Below are positions 26,001 through 38,900 of a stretch of DNA of 64,000 bases, in pieces. Each line of letters begins with the position of its first letter. Within the stretch, counting starts at the first letter, position 1. Made by a program: the position numbers and the translations under genes. The stretch is taken from assembly GCA_002189035.1 (NCBI GenBank), contig NEEC01000144.1:42101-106100 (forward strand), given 5' to 3'. The notes under the pieces were generated by a model, which saw only the letters and a list, made by a program, of their open reading frames with translations, had not been told where the DNA came from and did no database searches. This stretch comes from Utricularia gibba. Its lineage: Eukaryota > Plantae > Magnoliophyta.

Positions 26001-28105
26001 TTTGGGTGGGTGCTGTTGTTCGGAAATTCGTCCGGACCCAAGGTTCGGTTCGACTCCTGAGCCCAATCGGGTCCTATTCGACGAAAATCGTGATGCATTT
26101 TTTGAAGTTAGGATGTCATGAGCACCCCAAATGGTTTTCTCAACCACAGCTTTTTATTTGAGGAGGCGCTCTCGAGGGGCACTAGGATCGGGCCGGAGGT
26201 CATATCGATCTCGGGCCCATAGTCATTTGTAGCCCGGCAAAAAAAGTGATCCATTATTAACGTTGGGTTTTCGGCAGCTGCCAACATGGTTTCTGAAGGA
26301 AAAGCTTGTCGTTTTTGGTTGGGTGCTTTTTGGGAACTTCGTCCGGACCCAAGGTTCGGTTCGACTCCTGAGCCCAATGGGGTCCTATTCGACGAAAATC
26401 GTGATGCATTTTTTGAAGTTAGGATGTCATGAGCACCCCAAATGGTTTTCTTGTCCACAAGCTTTATATTTGAGGAGGCGCTCTCGAGGGGCACCAGGAT
26501 CGGGCCGGAGGTCGGTCGGGCTCGGCCCCATAGTCATTTGTAGCCCGGCAAAAAAAGTGATCCATTTATTAACGTTGGGTTTTCGGCAGCTGCCTACATG
26601 GTTTGAAGGAAAAGCTTGTCGTTTTTGGTGGGTGCTGTTGTTGGAAATTCGTCCGGACCCAAGTTTCGGTTCGACTCCTGAGCCCAATCGGGTCCTATTC
26701 GACGAAAATCGTGATGCATTTATTGAAGTTAGGATGTCATGGCACCAAATGGTTTTCTCAACCACAAGCTTTTTATTTGAGGAGGCGCTCTCGAGGGGCA
26801 CTAGGATCTGGCCGGAGGTCGGGTCGAACTCGGGCCCATAGTCATTTGTAGCCCGGCAAAAAAAGTGATCCATTTATAACGTTGGGTTTTCGGCAGCTGC
26901 CTACATGGTTTCTGAAGGAAAAGCTTGTCGTTTTTGGGTGGGTGCTGTTGTTCGGAACTTCGTCCGGACCCAAGGTTCGGTTCGACTCCTGAGCCCAATC
27001 GGGTCCTATTCGACGAAAATCGTGATGCATTTTTTGAAGTTAGGATGTCATGAGCACCCCAAATGGTTTTCTCAACCACAAGCTTTTTATTTGAGGAGGC
27101 GCTCTCGAGGGGCACTAGGATCGGGCCGGAGGTCCGACTCGGGCCCATAGTCATTTGTAGCCCGGCAAAAAAAGTGATCCATTTATTAACGTTGGGTTTT
27201 CGGCAGCTGCCTACATGGTTTCTGAAGGAAAAGCTTGTCGTTTTTGGTGGGTGCTTTTTGGGAATTCGTCCGGACCCAAGGTTCGGTTCGACTCCTGAGC
27301 CCAATGGGGTCCTATTCGACGAAAATCGTGATGCATTTTTTGAAGTTAGGATGTCATGAGCACCCCAAATGGTTTTCTTGTCCACAAGCTTTATATTTGA
27401 GGAGGCGCTCTCGAGGGGGCACCAGGATCGGGCCGGAGGTCAGGTCGGGCTCGGCCCCATAGTCATTTGTAGCCCGGCAAAAAATGTGATCCATTTATTA
27501 ACGTTGGGTTTTCGGCAGCTGCCTACATGGTTTGTGAAGGAAAAGCTTGTCGTTTTTGGGTGGGTGCTGTTGTTCGGAAATTCGTCCGGACCCAAGGTTC
27601 GGTTCGACTCCTGAGCCCAATCGGGTCCTATTCGACGAAAATCGTGATGCATTTTTTGAAGTTAGGATGTCATGAGCACCCCAAATGGTTTTCTCAACCA
27701 CAAGCTTTTTATTTGAGGAGGCGCTCTCGAGGGGCACTAGGATCTGGCCGGAGGTCGGGTCGAACTCGGCCCATAGTCATTTGTAGCCCGGCAAAAAAAG
27801 TGATCCATTTATTAACGTTGGGTTTTCGGCAGCTGCCTACATGGTTTCTGAAGGAAAAGCTTGTCGTTTTTGGGTGGGTGCTGTTGTTCGGAACTTCGTC
27901 CGGACCCAAGGTTCGGTTCGACTCCTGAGCCCAATCGGGTCCTATTCGACGAAAAATCGTGATGCATTTTTTGAAGTTAGGATGTCATGAGCACCCCAAA
28001 TGGTTTTCTCAACCACATGCTTTTTATTTGAGGAGGCGCTCTCGAGGGGCACTAGGATCGGGCCGGAGGTCATATCGATCTCGGGCCCATAGTCATTTGT
28101 AGCCC
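11093..28105. repeat. Irregular mosaic domain marked by the gtcatATCGATctc (ClaI) monomer variant, with a local 3-mer repeat
   Basis: ATCGAT at 13528, 15068, 18484, 19424, 20360, 22508, 26204 and 28074; spacings of 5, 11, 3, 3, 7, 12 and 6 monomers. Confidence 0.65.
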
Positions 28106-29965
28106 GGCAAAAAAAGTGATCCATTTATTAACGTTGGGTTTTCGGCAGCTGCCTACATGGTTTCTGAAGGAAAAGCTTGTCGTTTTTGGGTGGGTGCTTT
28201 TGTTGGGAATTCGTCCGGACCCAAGTTTCGGTTCGACTCCTGAGCCCAATCGGTCCTATTCGACGAAAATCGTGATGCATTTTTGAAGTTAGGATGTCAT
28301 GAGCACCCCAAATGGTTTTCTCAACCACATGCTTTTTATTTGAGAAGGCGCTCTCGAGGGGCACTAGGATCTGGCGGAGGTCGGGTCGAACTCGGCCCAT
28401 AGTCATTTGTAGCCGGCAAAAAAAGTGATCCATTTATTAACGTTGGGTTTTCGGCAGCTGCCTACATGGTTTCTGAAGGAAAAGCTTGTCGTTTTTGGGT
28501 GGGTGCTTCCGTTGGAAGTTCGTCCGGACCCAAGGTTCTGTTCGACTCCTGAGCCCAATCGGGTCCTATTCGACGAAAATCGTGATGCATTTACTAAAGT
28601 TAGGATGTCATGAGCACCCCAAATGGTTTTCTCATCCACAAGCTTATATTTCAGGAGGCGCTCTCGAGGGGCACCGGGATCGGGCCGGATATCGGGTCGG
28701 GCTCGGGCCCATAGTCATTTGTAGCCCGGCAAAAAAGTGATCCATTTATTTATTGGTTTTTTCGGCAGCTGCCTACATGGTTTCTGAAGGAAAAGCTTGT
28801 CGTTTTTGGGTGCTTTGTTGTTGGGAACTTCGTCCGGACCCAAGGTTCGGTTCGACTCTTGAGCCCAATGGGGTCCTATTCGACGAAAATCGTGATGCAT
28901 TTTTTGAAGTTAGGATGTCATGGGCACCCCAAATGGTTTTCTTGTCCACAAGCTTTATATTTGAGGAGGCGCTCTCGAGGGGCACTAGGATCTGGCCGGA
29001 GGTCGGGTCGAACTCGGGCCCATAGTCATTTGTAGCCCGGAAAAAAAGTGATCCATTTATTAACGTTGGGTTTTCGGCACCTGCCTACATTTTTCTGAAG
29101 GAAAAGCTTGTCGTTTTTGGGTGGGTGCTTTCGTTGGGAAGTTCATCCGGACCCAAGGTTCTGTTCGACTCCTGAGCCCAATGGGGTCCTATTCGACGAA
29201 AATCGTGATGCATTTTTTGAAGTTAGGATGTCATGAGCACCCCAAATGGTTTTCTCCACAAGCTTTATATTTGAGGAGGCGCTCTCGAGGGGCACTAGAA
29301 TCTGGCCGGAGGTCGGGTCGGGCTCGGGCCCATAGTCATTTGTAGCCCGGCAAAAAAAGTGATCCATTTATTAACGTTGGGTTTTCGGCACTGCCTACAT
29401 TGTTTCTGAAGGAAAAGCTTGTCGTTTTTGGGTGGGTGCTTTCGTTGGGAAGTTCATCCGGACCCAAGGTTCTGTTCGACTCCTGAGCCCAATGGGGTCC
29501 TATTCGACGAAAATCGTGATGCATTTTTTGAAGTTAGGATGTCATGAGCACCCCAAATGGTTTTCTTGTCCACAAGCTTTATTTTGAGGAGGCGCTCTCG
29601 AGGGGCACTAGATCGGCCGGAGGTCGGTCGCTCGGGCCCATAGTCATTTGTAGCCCGGCAAAAAAATGATCCATTTATTAACGTTGGGTTTCGGCACCTG
29701 CCTACATGTTTCTGAAGGAAAAGCTTGTCGTTTTTGGGTGGGTGCTTTGTTGGGAACTTCGTCCGGACCCAAGGTTCTGTTCGACTCCTGAGCCCAATGG
29801 GGTCCTATTCGACGAAAATCGTGATGCATTTTTTGAAGTTAGGATGTCATGAGCACCCCAAATGGTTTTCTCAACCACATGCTTTTTATTTGAGAAGCGC
29901 TCTCGAGGGGCACTAGGATCGGCCGGAGGTCGGGTCGAACTCGGGCCCATAGTCATTTGTAGCCC

Positions 29966-32900
29966 GGCAAAAAAAGTGATCCATTTATAACGTTGGGTTT
30001 TCGGCAGCTGCCTACATGTTTCTGAAGGAAAAGCTTGTCGTTTTTGGGGGTGCTGTTGTTCGGAACTTCGTCCGGACCCAAGGTTCGGTTCGACTCTGAG
30101 CCCAATCGGGTCCTATTCGACGAAAATCGTGATGCATTTTTGAAGTTAGGATGTCATGAGCACCCCAAATGGTTTTCTCAACCACATGCTTTTTATTTGA
30201 GAAGGCGCTCTCGAGGGGCACTAGGATCTGGCCGGAGGTCACGTCGAACTCGGGCCCATAGTCATTTGTAGCCCGGCAAAAAAGTGATCCATTTATTAAC
30301 GTTGGGTTTTCGGCAGCTGCCTACATGGTTTCTGAAGGAAAAGCTTGTCGTTTTTGGTGGGTGCTGTTGTTCGGAAATTCGTCCGGACCCAAGGTTCGGT
30401 TCGACTCCTGAGCCCAATCGGGTCCTATTCGACGAAAATCGTGATGCATTTTAAAGTTAGGATGTCATGAGCACCCCAAATGGTTTTCTCATCCACAAGC
30501 TTTATATTTGAGGAGGCGCTCTCGAGGGGCACCGGGATCGGGCCGGAGATCGGGTCGGGCTCGGGCCCATAGTCATTTGTAGCCCGGCAAAAAAAAGTGA
30601 TCCATTTATTAACGTTGGGTTTTCGGCAGCTGCCTACATGTTTCTGAAGGAAAAGCTTGTCGTTTTTGGGTGGGTGCTGTGTTGGGAACTTCGTCCGGAC
30701 CCAAGTTTCGGTTCGACTCCTGAGCCAAATCGGTCCTATTCGACGAAAATCGTGATGCATTTATTGAAGTTAGGATGTCATGAGCACCCCAAATGGTTTC
30801 TCATCCACAAGCTTTATATTTGAGGAGGGCTCTCGAGCACCAGGATCGGCCGGAGGTCAGGTCGGCTCGGCCCATAGTCATTTGTAGCCCGGCAAAAAAA
30901 GTGATCCATTTATTAACGTTGGGTTTTCGGCAGCTGCCTACATGGTTTTGAAGGAAAAGCTTGTCGTTTTTGGGAGGGTGCTTTTGTTGGGAACTTCGTC
31001 CGGACCCAAGGTTCGGTTCGACTCTTGAGCCCAATGGGTCCTATTCGACGAAAATCGTGATGCATTTTTTGAAGTTAGGATGTCATGGGCACCCAAATGG
31101 TTTTCTTGTCCACAAGCTTTATATTTGAGGAGGCGCTCTCGAGGGGCACTAGGATCTGGCCGGAGGTCGGGTCGAACTCGGGCCCATAGTCATTTGTAGC
31201 CCGGCAAAAAAAGTGATCCATTTATTAACGTTGGGTTTTCGGCAGCTGCCTACATGGTTTCTTAAGGAAAAGCTTGTCGTTTTTGGTAAGGTGCTTTCAT
31301 TGGGAACTTCGTTCGGACCAATCGGTCCTATTCGACGAAAATCGTGATGCATTTATTGAAGTTAGGATGTCATGAGCACCCAAATGGTTTTCTCATCCAC
31401 AAGCTTTATATTTGAGGAGGCGCTCTCGAGGGCACTAGGATCGGGCCGGAGGTCGGGTCGGGCTCGGGCCCATAGTCATTTGTAGCCCGGCAAAAAAGTG
31501 ATCCATTTATTAACGTTGGGTTTTCGGCAGCTGCTTACATGGTTTCTTAAGGAAAAACTTGTCGTTTTTGGGTGGGTGCTGTTGTTGGAACTTCGTCCGG
31601 ACCCAAGGTTCGATTCGACTCCTGAGCCCAATCGGGTCCTATTCGACGAAAATCGTGATGCATTTTTTGAAGTTAGGATGTCATGAGCACCCCAAATGGT
31701 TTTCTTGTCCACAAGCTTTATATTTGAGGAGGCGCTCTCGAGGGGCACTAGAATCTGGCCGGAGGTCGGGTCGAACTCGGGCCCATAGTCATTTGTAGCC
31801 CGGCAAAAAAAATGATCCATTTATTAACGTTGGGTTTTCGGCAGCTGCCTACATGTTTCTGAAGGAAAAGCTTGTCGTTTTTGGGTGGGTGCTTTCGTTG
31901 GGAAGTTCATCCGGACCCAAGGTTCGTTCGACTCCTGAGCCCAATGGGGTCCTATTCGACGAAAATCGTGATGCATTTTTTGAAGTTAGGATGTCATGAG
32001 CACCCCAAATGGTTTTCTTGTCCACAAGCTTTATATTTGAGGAGGCGCTCTCGAGGGGCACTAGAATCTGGCCGGAGGTCGGGTCGAACTCGGCCCATAG
32101 TCATTTGTAGCCCGGCAAAAAAACTGATCCATTTATTAACGTTGGGTTTCGGCACCTGCCTACATTGTTTCTGAAGGAAAAGCTTGTCGTTTTTGGGTGG
32201 GTGCTTTCGTTGGGAAGTTCATCCGGACCCAAGGTTCTGTTCGACTCCTGAGCCCAATGGGGTCCTATTCGACGAAAATCGTGATGCATTTTTTGAAGTT
32301 AGGATGTCATGAGCACCCCAAATGGTTTTCTTGTCCACAAGCTTTTATATTGAGGAGGCGCTCTCGAGGGGCACCAGGATCGGGCCGGAGGTCAGGTCGG
32401 GCTCGGCCCCATAGTCATTTGTAGCCGGCAAAAAATGTGATCCATTTATTAACGTTGGGTTTTCGGCACTGCCTACATGGTTTCTGAAGGAAAAGCTTGT
32501 CGTTTTTGGGTGGGTGCTGTTGTTCGGAACTTCGTCCGGACCCAAGGTTCGGTTCGACTCCTGAGCCCAATCGGGTCCTATTCGACGAAAATCGTGATGC
32601 ATTTTTTGAAGTTAGGATGTCATGAGCACCCCAAATGGTTTTCTCAACCACATGCTTTTATTTGAGAAGGCGCTCTCGAGGGGCACTAGGATCTGGCCGG
32701 AGGTCGGGTCGAACTCGGGCCCATAGTCATTTGTAGCCCGGCAAAAAAAGTGATCCATTTATTAACGTTGGGTTTTCGGCAGCTGCCTACATGGTTTCTG
32801 AAGGAAAAGCTTGTCGTTTTTGGGTGGGTGCTTTGTTGGAACTTCGTCACCCCAAGGTTCGGTTCGACTCTTGAGCCCAATCGGGTCCTATTCGACGAAA

Positions 32901-35900
32901 ATCGTGATGCATTTTTTGAAGTTAGGATGTCATGAGCACCCCAAATGGTTTTCTCACCACATGCTTTTTATTTGAGAAGGCGCTCTCGAGGGGCACTAGG
33001 ATCTGGCCGGAGGTCACGTCGAACTCGGCCCATAGTCATTTGAAGCCCGGTAAAAAAAAGTGATCCATTTATTAACGTTGGGTTTTCGGCAGCTGCCTAC
33101 ATGGTTTCTGAAGGAAAAGCTTGTCGTTTTTGGTGGGTGCTTTGTTCGGAAATTCGTCCGGACCCAAGGTTCGGTTCGACTCCTGAGCCCAATCGGGTCC
33201 TATTCGACGAAATCGTGATGCATTTTAAAGTTAGGATGTCATGAGCACCCCAAATGGTTTCTTCCACAAGCTTTATATTTGAGGAGGCGCTCTCGAGGGC
33301 ACCGGATCGGGCCGGAGGTCGGGTCGGCTCGGCCCATAGTCATTTGTAGCCCGGCAAAAAAAGTGATCCATTTATTAACGTTGGGTTTTCGGCAGCTGCC
33401 TACATTGTTTCTGAAGGAAAAGCTTGTCGTTTTTGGGTGGGTGCTTTCGTTGGGAATTCGTCCGGACCCAAGGTTCGGTTCGACTCCTGAGCCCAATCGG
33501 TCCTATTCGACGAAAATCGTGATGCATTTATTGAAGTTAGGATGTCATGAGCACCCCAAATGGTTTTCTCATCCACAAGCTTTATTTGAGGAGGCTCTCG
33601 AGGGGCACTAGGATCGGGCCGGAGGTCGGTCGGCTCGGGCCCATAGTCATTTGTAGCCCGGCAAAAAAAGTGATCCATTTATTAACGTTGGGTTTTCGGC
33701 AGCTGCCTACATGGTTTCTGAAGGAAAAGCTTGTCGTTTTTTGGAGGGTGCTTTTGTTGGGAACTTCGTCCGGACCCAAGGTTCGGTTCGACTCCTGAGC
33801 CAATGGGGTCCTATTCGACGAAAATCGTGATGCATTTTTTGAAGTTAGGATGTCATGAGCACCCCAAATGGTTTTCTTGTCCACAAGCTTTATATTTGAG
33901 GAGGCGCTCTCGAGGGGCACTAGGATCTGGCCGGAGGTCGGTCGAACTCGGGCCCATAGTCATTTGTAGCCCGGCAAAAAAGTGATCCATTTATTAACGT
34001 TGGGTTTTCGGCAGCTGCCTACATGGTTTCTGAAGGAAAAGCTTGTCGTTTTGGTGGTGCTTTCATTGGGAATTCGTTCGGACCCAATCCGGTCCTATTC
34101 GACGAAAATCGTGATGCATTTATTGAAGTTAGGATGTCATGAGCACCCCAAATGGTTTTCTCATCCACAAGCTTTATATTTGAGGAGGCGCTCTCGAGGG
34201 GCACCGGGATCGGGCCGGAGGTCGGGTCGGGCTCGGGCCCATAGTCATTTGTAGCCCGGCAAAAAAAAGTGATCCATTTATTAACGTTGGGTTTTCGGCA
34301 GCTGCTTACATGGTTTCTGAAGGAAAAGCTTGTCGTTTTTGGGTGGGTGCTGTTGTTCGGAACTTCGTCCGGACCCAAGGTTCGGTTCGACTCTGAGCCC
34401 AATCGGGTCCTATTCGACGAAAATCGTGATGCATTTTTTGAAGTTAGGATGTCATGAGCACCCCAAATGGTTTTCTTGTCCACAAGCTTTTATTTGAGGA
34501 GGCGCTCTCGAGGGGCACTAGGATCTGGCCGGAGGTCGGTCGAACTCGGGCCCATAGTCATTTGTAGCCCGGCAAAAAATGATCCATTTATTAACGTTGG
34601 GTTTTCGGCAGCTGCCTACATTGTTTCTGAAGGAAAAGCTTGTCGTTTTTGGGTGGGTGCTTTCGTTGGAAGTTCATCCGGACCCAAGGTTCTGTTCGAC
34701 TCCTGAGCCCAATGGGTCCTATTCGACGAAAATCGTGATGCATTTTTTGAAGTAGGATGTCATGAGCACCCCAAATGGTTTTCTCATCCACAAGCTTTAT
34801 ATTTGAGGAGGCGCTCTCGAGGGGCACTAGAATCGGCCGGAGGTCGGGTCGAACTCGGGCCCATAGTCATTTGTAGCCCGGCAAAAAAATGATCCATTTA
34901 TTAACGTTGGGTTTTCGGCAGCTGCCTACATTGTTTCTGAAGGAAAAGCTTGTCGTTTTTGGTGGGTGCTTCGTTGGGAACTTCATCCGGACCCAAGGTT
35001 CGGTTCGACTCCTGAGCCCAATGGGGTCCTATTCGACGAAAATCGTGATGCATTTTTTGAAGTTAGGATGTCATGAGCACCCCAAATGGTTTTCTTGTCC
35101 ACAGCTTTATATTTGAGGAGGGCTCTCGAGGGGCACCAGGATCGGGCCGGAGGTCAGGTCGGGCTCGGGCCCATAGTCATTTGTAGCCCGGCAAAAAAAG
35201 TGATCCATTTATTAACGTTGGGTTTTCGGCACTGCCTACATGGTTTCTGAAGGAAAAGCTTGTCGTTTTTGGGTGGGTGCTGTTGTTGGGAAACTTCGTC
35301 CGGACCCAAGGTTCGGTTCGACTCCTGAGCCCAATCGGGTCCTATTCGACGAAAATCGTGATGCATTTTTTGAAGTTAGGATGTCATGAGCACCCCAAAT
35401 GGTTTTCTCAACCACAAGCTTTTATTTAGAAGGCGCTCTCGAGGGGCACTAGGATCTGGCCGGAGGTCGGGTCGAACTCGGGCCCATAGTCATTTGTAGC
35501 CCGGCAAAAAAAGTGATCCATTTATTAACGTTGGGTTTTCGGCAGCTGCCTACATGGTTTCTGAAGGAAAAGCTTGTCGTTTTTGGTGGTGCTTTCATTG
35601 GGAACTTCGTTCGGACCAATCCGGTCCTATTCGACGAAAATCGTGATGCATTTATTGAAGTTAGGATGTCATGAGCACCCAAATGGTTTTCTCATCCACA
35701 AGCTTTATATTTGAGGAGGCGCTCTCGAGGGCACCGGATCGGGCCGGAGGTCGGGTCGGGCTCGGGCCCATAGTCATTTGTAGCCCGGCAAAAAAAGTGA
35801 TCCATTTATTAACGTTGGGTTTTCGGCAGCTGCCTACATGTTTCTGAAGGAAAAGCTTGTCGTTTTTGGGTGGGTGCTGTTGTTCGGAACTTCGTCCGGA

Positions 35901-38900
35901 CCCAAGGTTCGGTTCGACTCCTGAGCCCAATCGGGTCCTATTCGACGAAAAATCGTGATGCATTTTTTGAAGTTAGGATGTCATGAGCACCCCAAATGGT
36001 TTTCTGTCCACAAGCTTTATATTTGAGGAGGCGCTCTCGAGGGGCACTAGGATCGGCCGGAGGTCGGGTCGAACTCGGGCCCATAGTCATTTGTAGCCCG
36101 GCAAAAAAAGTGATCCATTTATTAACGTTGGGTTTTCGGCAGCTGCCTACATGTTTCTGAAGGAAAAGCTTGTCGTTTTTGGTGGGTGCTTTTGGGAAGT
36201 TCGTCCGGACCCAAGGTTCGGTTCGACTCCTGAGCCCAATGGGGTCCTATTCGACGAAAATCGTGATGCATTTTTTGAAGTTAGGATGTCATGAGCACCC
36301 CAAATGGTTTTCTGTCCACAAGCTTTATATTTGAGGAGGCGCTCTCGAGGGCACTAGGATCTGGCCGGAGGTCGGGTCGAACTCGGGCCCATAGTCATTT
36401 GTAGCCCGGCAAAAAAAGTGATCCATTTATTAACGTTGGTTTTCGGCAGCTGCCTACATTGTTTCTGAAGGAAAAGCTTGTCGTTTTTGGTGGGTGCTTT
36501 CGTTGGGAAGTTCATCCGGACCCAAGGTTCTGTTCGACTCCTGAGCCCAATGGGGTCCTATTCGACGAAAATCGTGATGCATTTTTTGAAGTTAGGATGT
36601 CATGAGCACCCCAAATGGTTTTCTTGTCCACAAGCTTTATATTTGAGGAGGCGCTCTCGAGGGGCACCAGGATCGGGCCGGAGGTCAGGTCGGGCTCGGC
36701 CCATAGTCATTTGTAGCCCGGCAAAAAAGTGATCCATTTTAACGTTGGGTTTTCGGCACTGCCTACATGGTTTCTGAAGGAAAAGCTTGTCGTTTTTGGG
36801 TGGGTGCTGTTGTTCGGAACTTCGTCCGGACCCAAGGTTCGGTTCGACTCCTGAGCCCAATCGGGTCCTATTCGACGAAAATCGTGATGCATTTTTTGAA
36901 GTTAGGATGTCATGAGCACCCAAATGGTTTTCTCAACCACATGCTTTTTATTGAGAAGGCGCTCTCGAGGGGCACTAGGATCTGGCCGGAGGTCGGGTCG
37001 AACTCGGGCCCATAGTCATTTGTAGCCCGGCAAAAAAAGTGATCCATTTATAACGTTGGGTTTTCGGCTGCCTACATGGTTTCTGAAGGAAAAGCTTGTC
37101 GTTTTTGGGTGGGTGCTGTTGTTCGGAACTTCGTCCGGACCCAAGGTTCGGTTCGACTCTTGAGCCCAATCGGGTCCTATTCGACGAAAATCGTGATGCA
37201 TTTTTTGAAGTTAGGATGTCATGAGCACCCCAAATGGTTTTCTCACCACATGCTTTTATTTGAGAAGGCGCTCTCGAGGGGCACTAGGATCTGGCCGGAG
37301 GTCACGTCGAACTCGGGCCATAGTCATTTGTAGCCCGGCAAAAAAGTGATCCATTTACTAACGTTGGGTTTTCGGCAGCTGCCTACATGGTTTCTGAAGG
37401 AAAAGCTTGTCGTTTTTTGGTGGGTGCTGTTTTCGGAAATTCGTCCGGACCCAAGGTTCGGTTCGACTCCTGAGCCCAATCGGGTCCTATTCGACGAAAT
37501 CGTGATGCATTTACTAAAGTTAGGATGTCATGAGCACCCCAAATGGTTTCTCATCCACAAGCTTTATATTTAAGGAGGCGCTCTCGAGGGGCACCGGGAT
37601 CGGGCCGGAGATCGGGTCGGGCTCGGCCCATAGTCATTTGTAGCCCGGCAAAAAAAAGTGATCCATTTATTAACGTTGGGTTTTCGGCAGCTGCCTACAT
37701 TGTTTCTGAAGGAAAAGCTTGTCTTTTTGGGTGGGTGTCGTTGGGAACTTCGTCCGACCCAAGTTTCGGTTCGACTCCTGAGCCCAATCGGTCTATTTGA
37801 CGAAAATCGTGATGCATTTATTGAAGTTAGGATGTCATGAGCACCCCAAATGGTTTTCTCATCCACAAGCTTTATATTTGAGGAGGGCTCTCGAGGGGCA
37901 CCAGGATCGGGCCGGAGGTCAGGTCGGCTCGGCCCATAGTCATTTGTAGCCCGGCAAAAAAAGTGATCCATTTATTAACGTTGGGTTTTCGGCAGCTGCC
38001 TACATGGTTTCTGAAGGAAAAGCTTGTCGTTTTTGGGGGTGCTTTTGTTGGGAACTTCGTCCGGACCCAAGGTTCGGTCGACTCTTGAGCCCAATGGGGT
38101 CCTATTCGACGAAAATCGTGATGCATTTTTTGAAGTTAGGATGTCATGGGCACCCCAAATGGTTTTCTTGTCCACAAGCTTTATATTTGAGGAGGCGCTC
38201 TCGAGGGGCACTAGGATCTGGCCGGAGGTCGGGTCGAACTCGGGCCCATAGTCATTTGTAGCCCGGCAAAAAAAGTGATCCATTTATTAACGTTGGGTTT
38301 TCGGCAGCTGCCTACATGGTTTCTGAAGGAAAAGCTTGTCGTTTTTGGTGGGTGCTTTCATTGGGAACTTCGTTCGGACCAATCGGTCCTATTCGACGAA
38401 AATCGTGATGCATTTATTGAAGTTAGGATGTCATGAGCACCCCAAATGGTTTTCTCATCCACAAGCTTTATATTTGAGGAGGCGCTCTCGAGGGCACCGG
38501 GATCGGGCCGGAGGTCGGTCGGGCTCGGGCCCATAGTCATTTGTAGCCCGGCAAAAAAAGTGATCCATTTATTAACGTTGGGTTTTCGGCAGCTGCTTAC
38601 ATGGTTTCTTAAGGAAAAGCTTGTCGTTTTTGGGTGGTGCTGTTGTTGGAACTTCGTCCGGACCCAAGGTTCGTTCGACTCCTGAGCCCAATCGGGTCCT
38701 ATTCGACGAAAATCGTGATGCATTTTTTGAAGTTAGGATGTCATGAGCACCCCAAATGGTTTCTCATCCACAAGCTTTATATTTGAGGAGGCGCTCTCGA
38801 GGGGCACCGGATCGGGCCGGAGGTCGGTCGGTCGGGCCATAGTCATTTGTAGCCCGGCAAAAAAAGTGATCCATTTATTAACGTTGGGTTTTCGGCAGCT

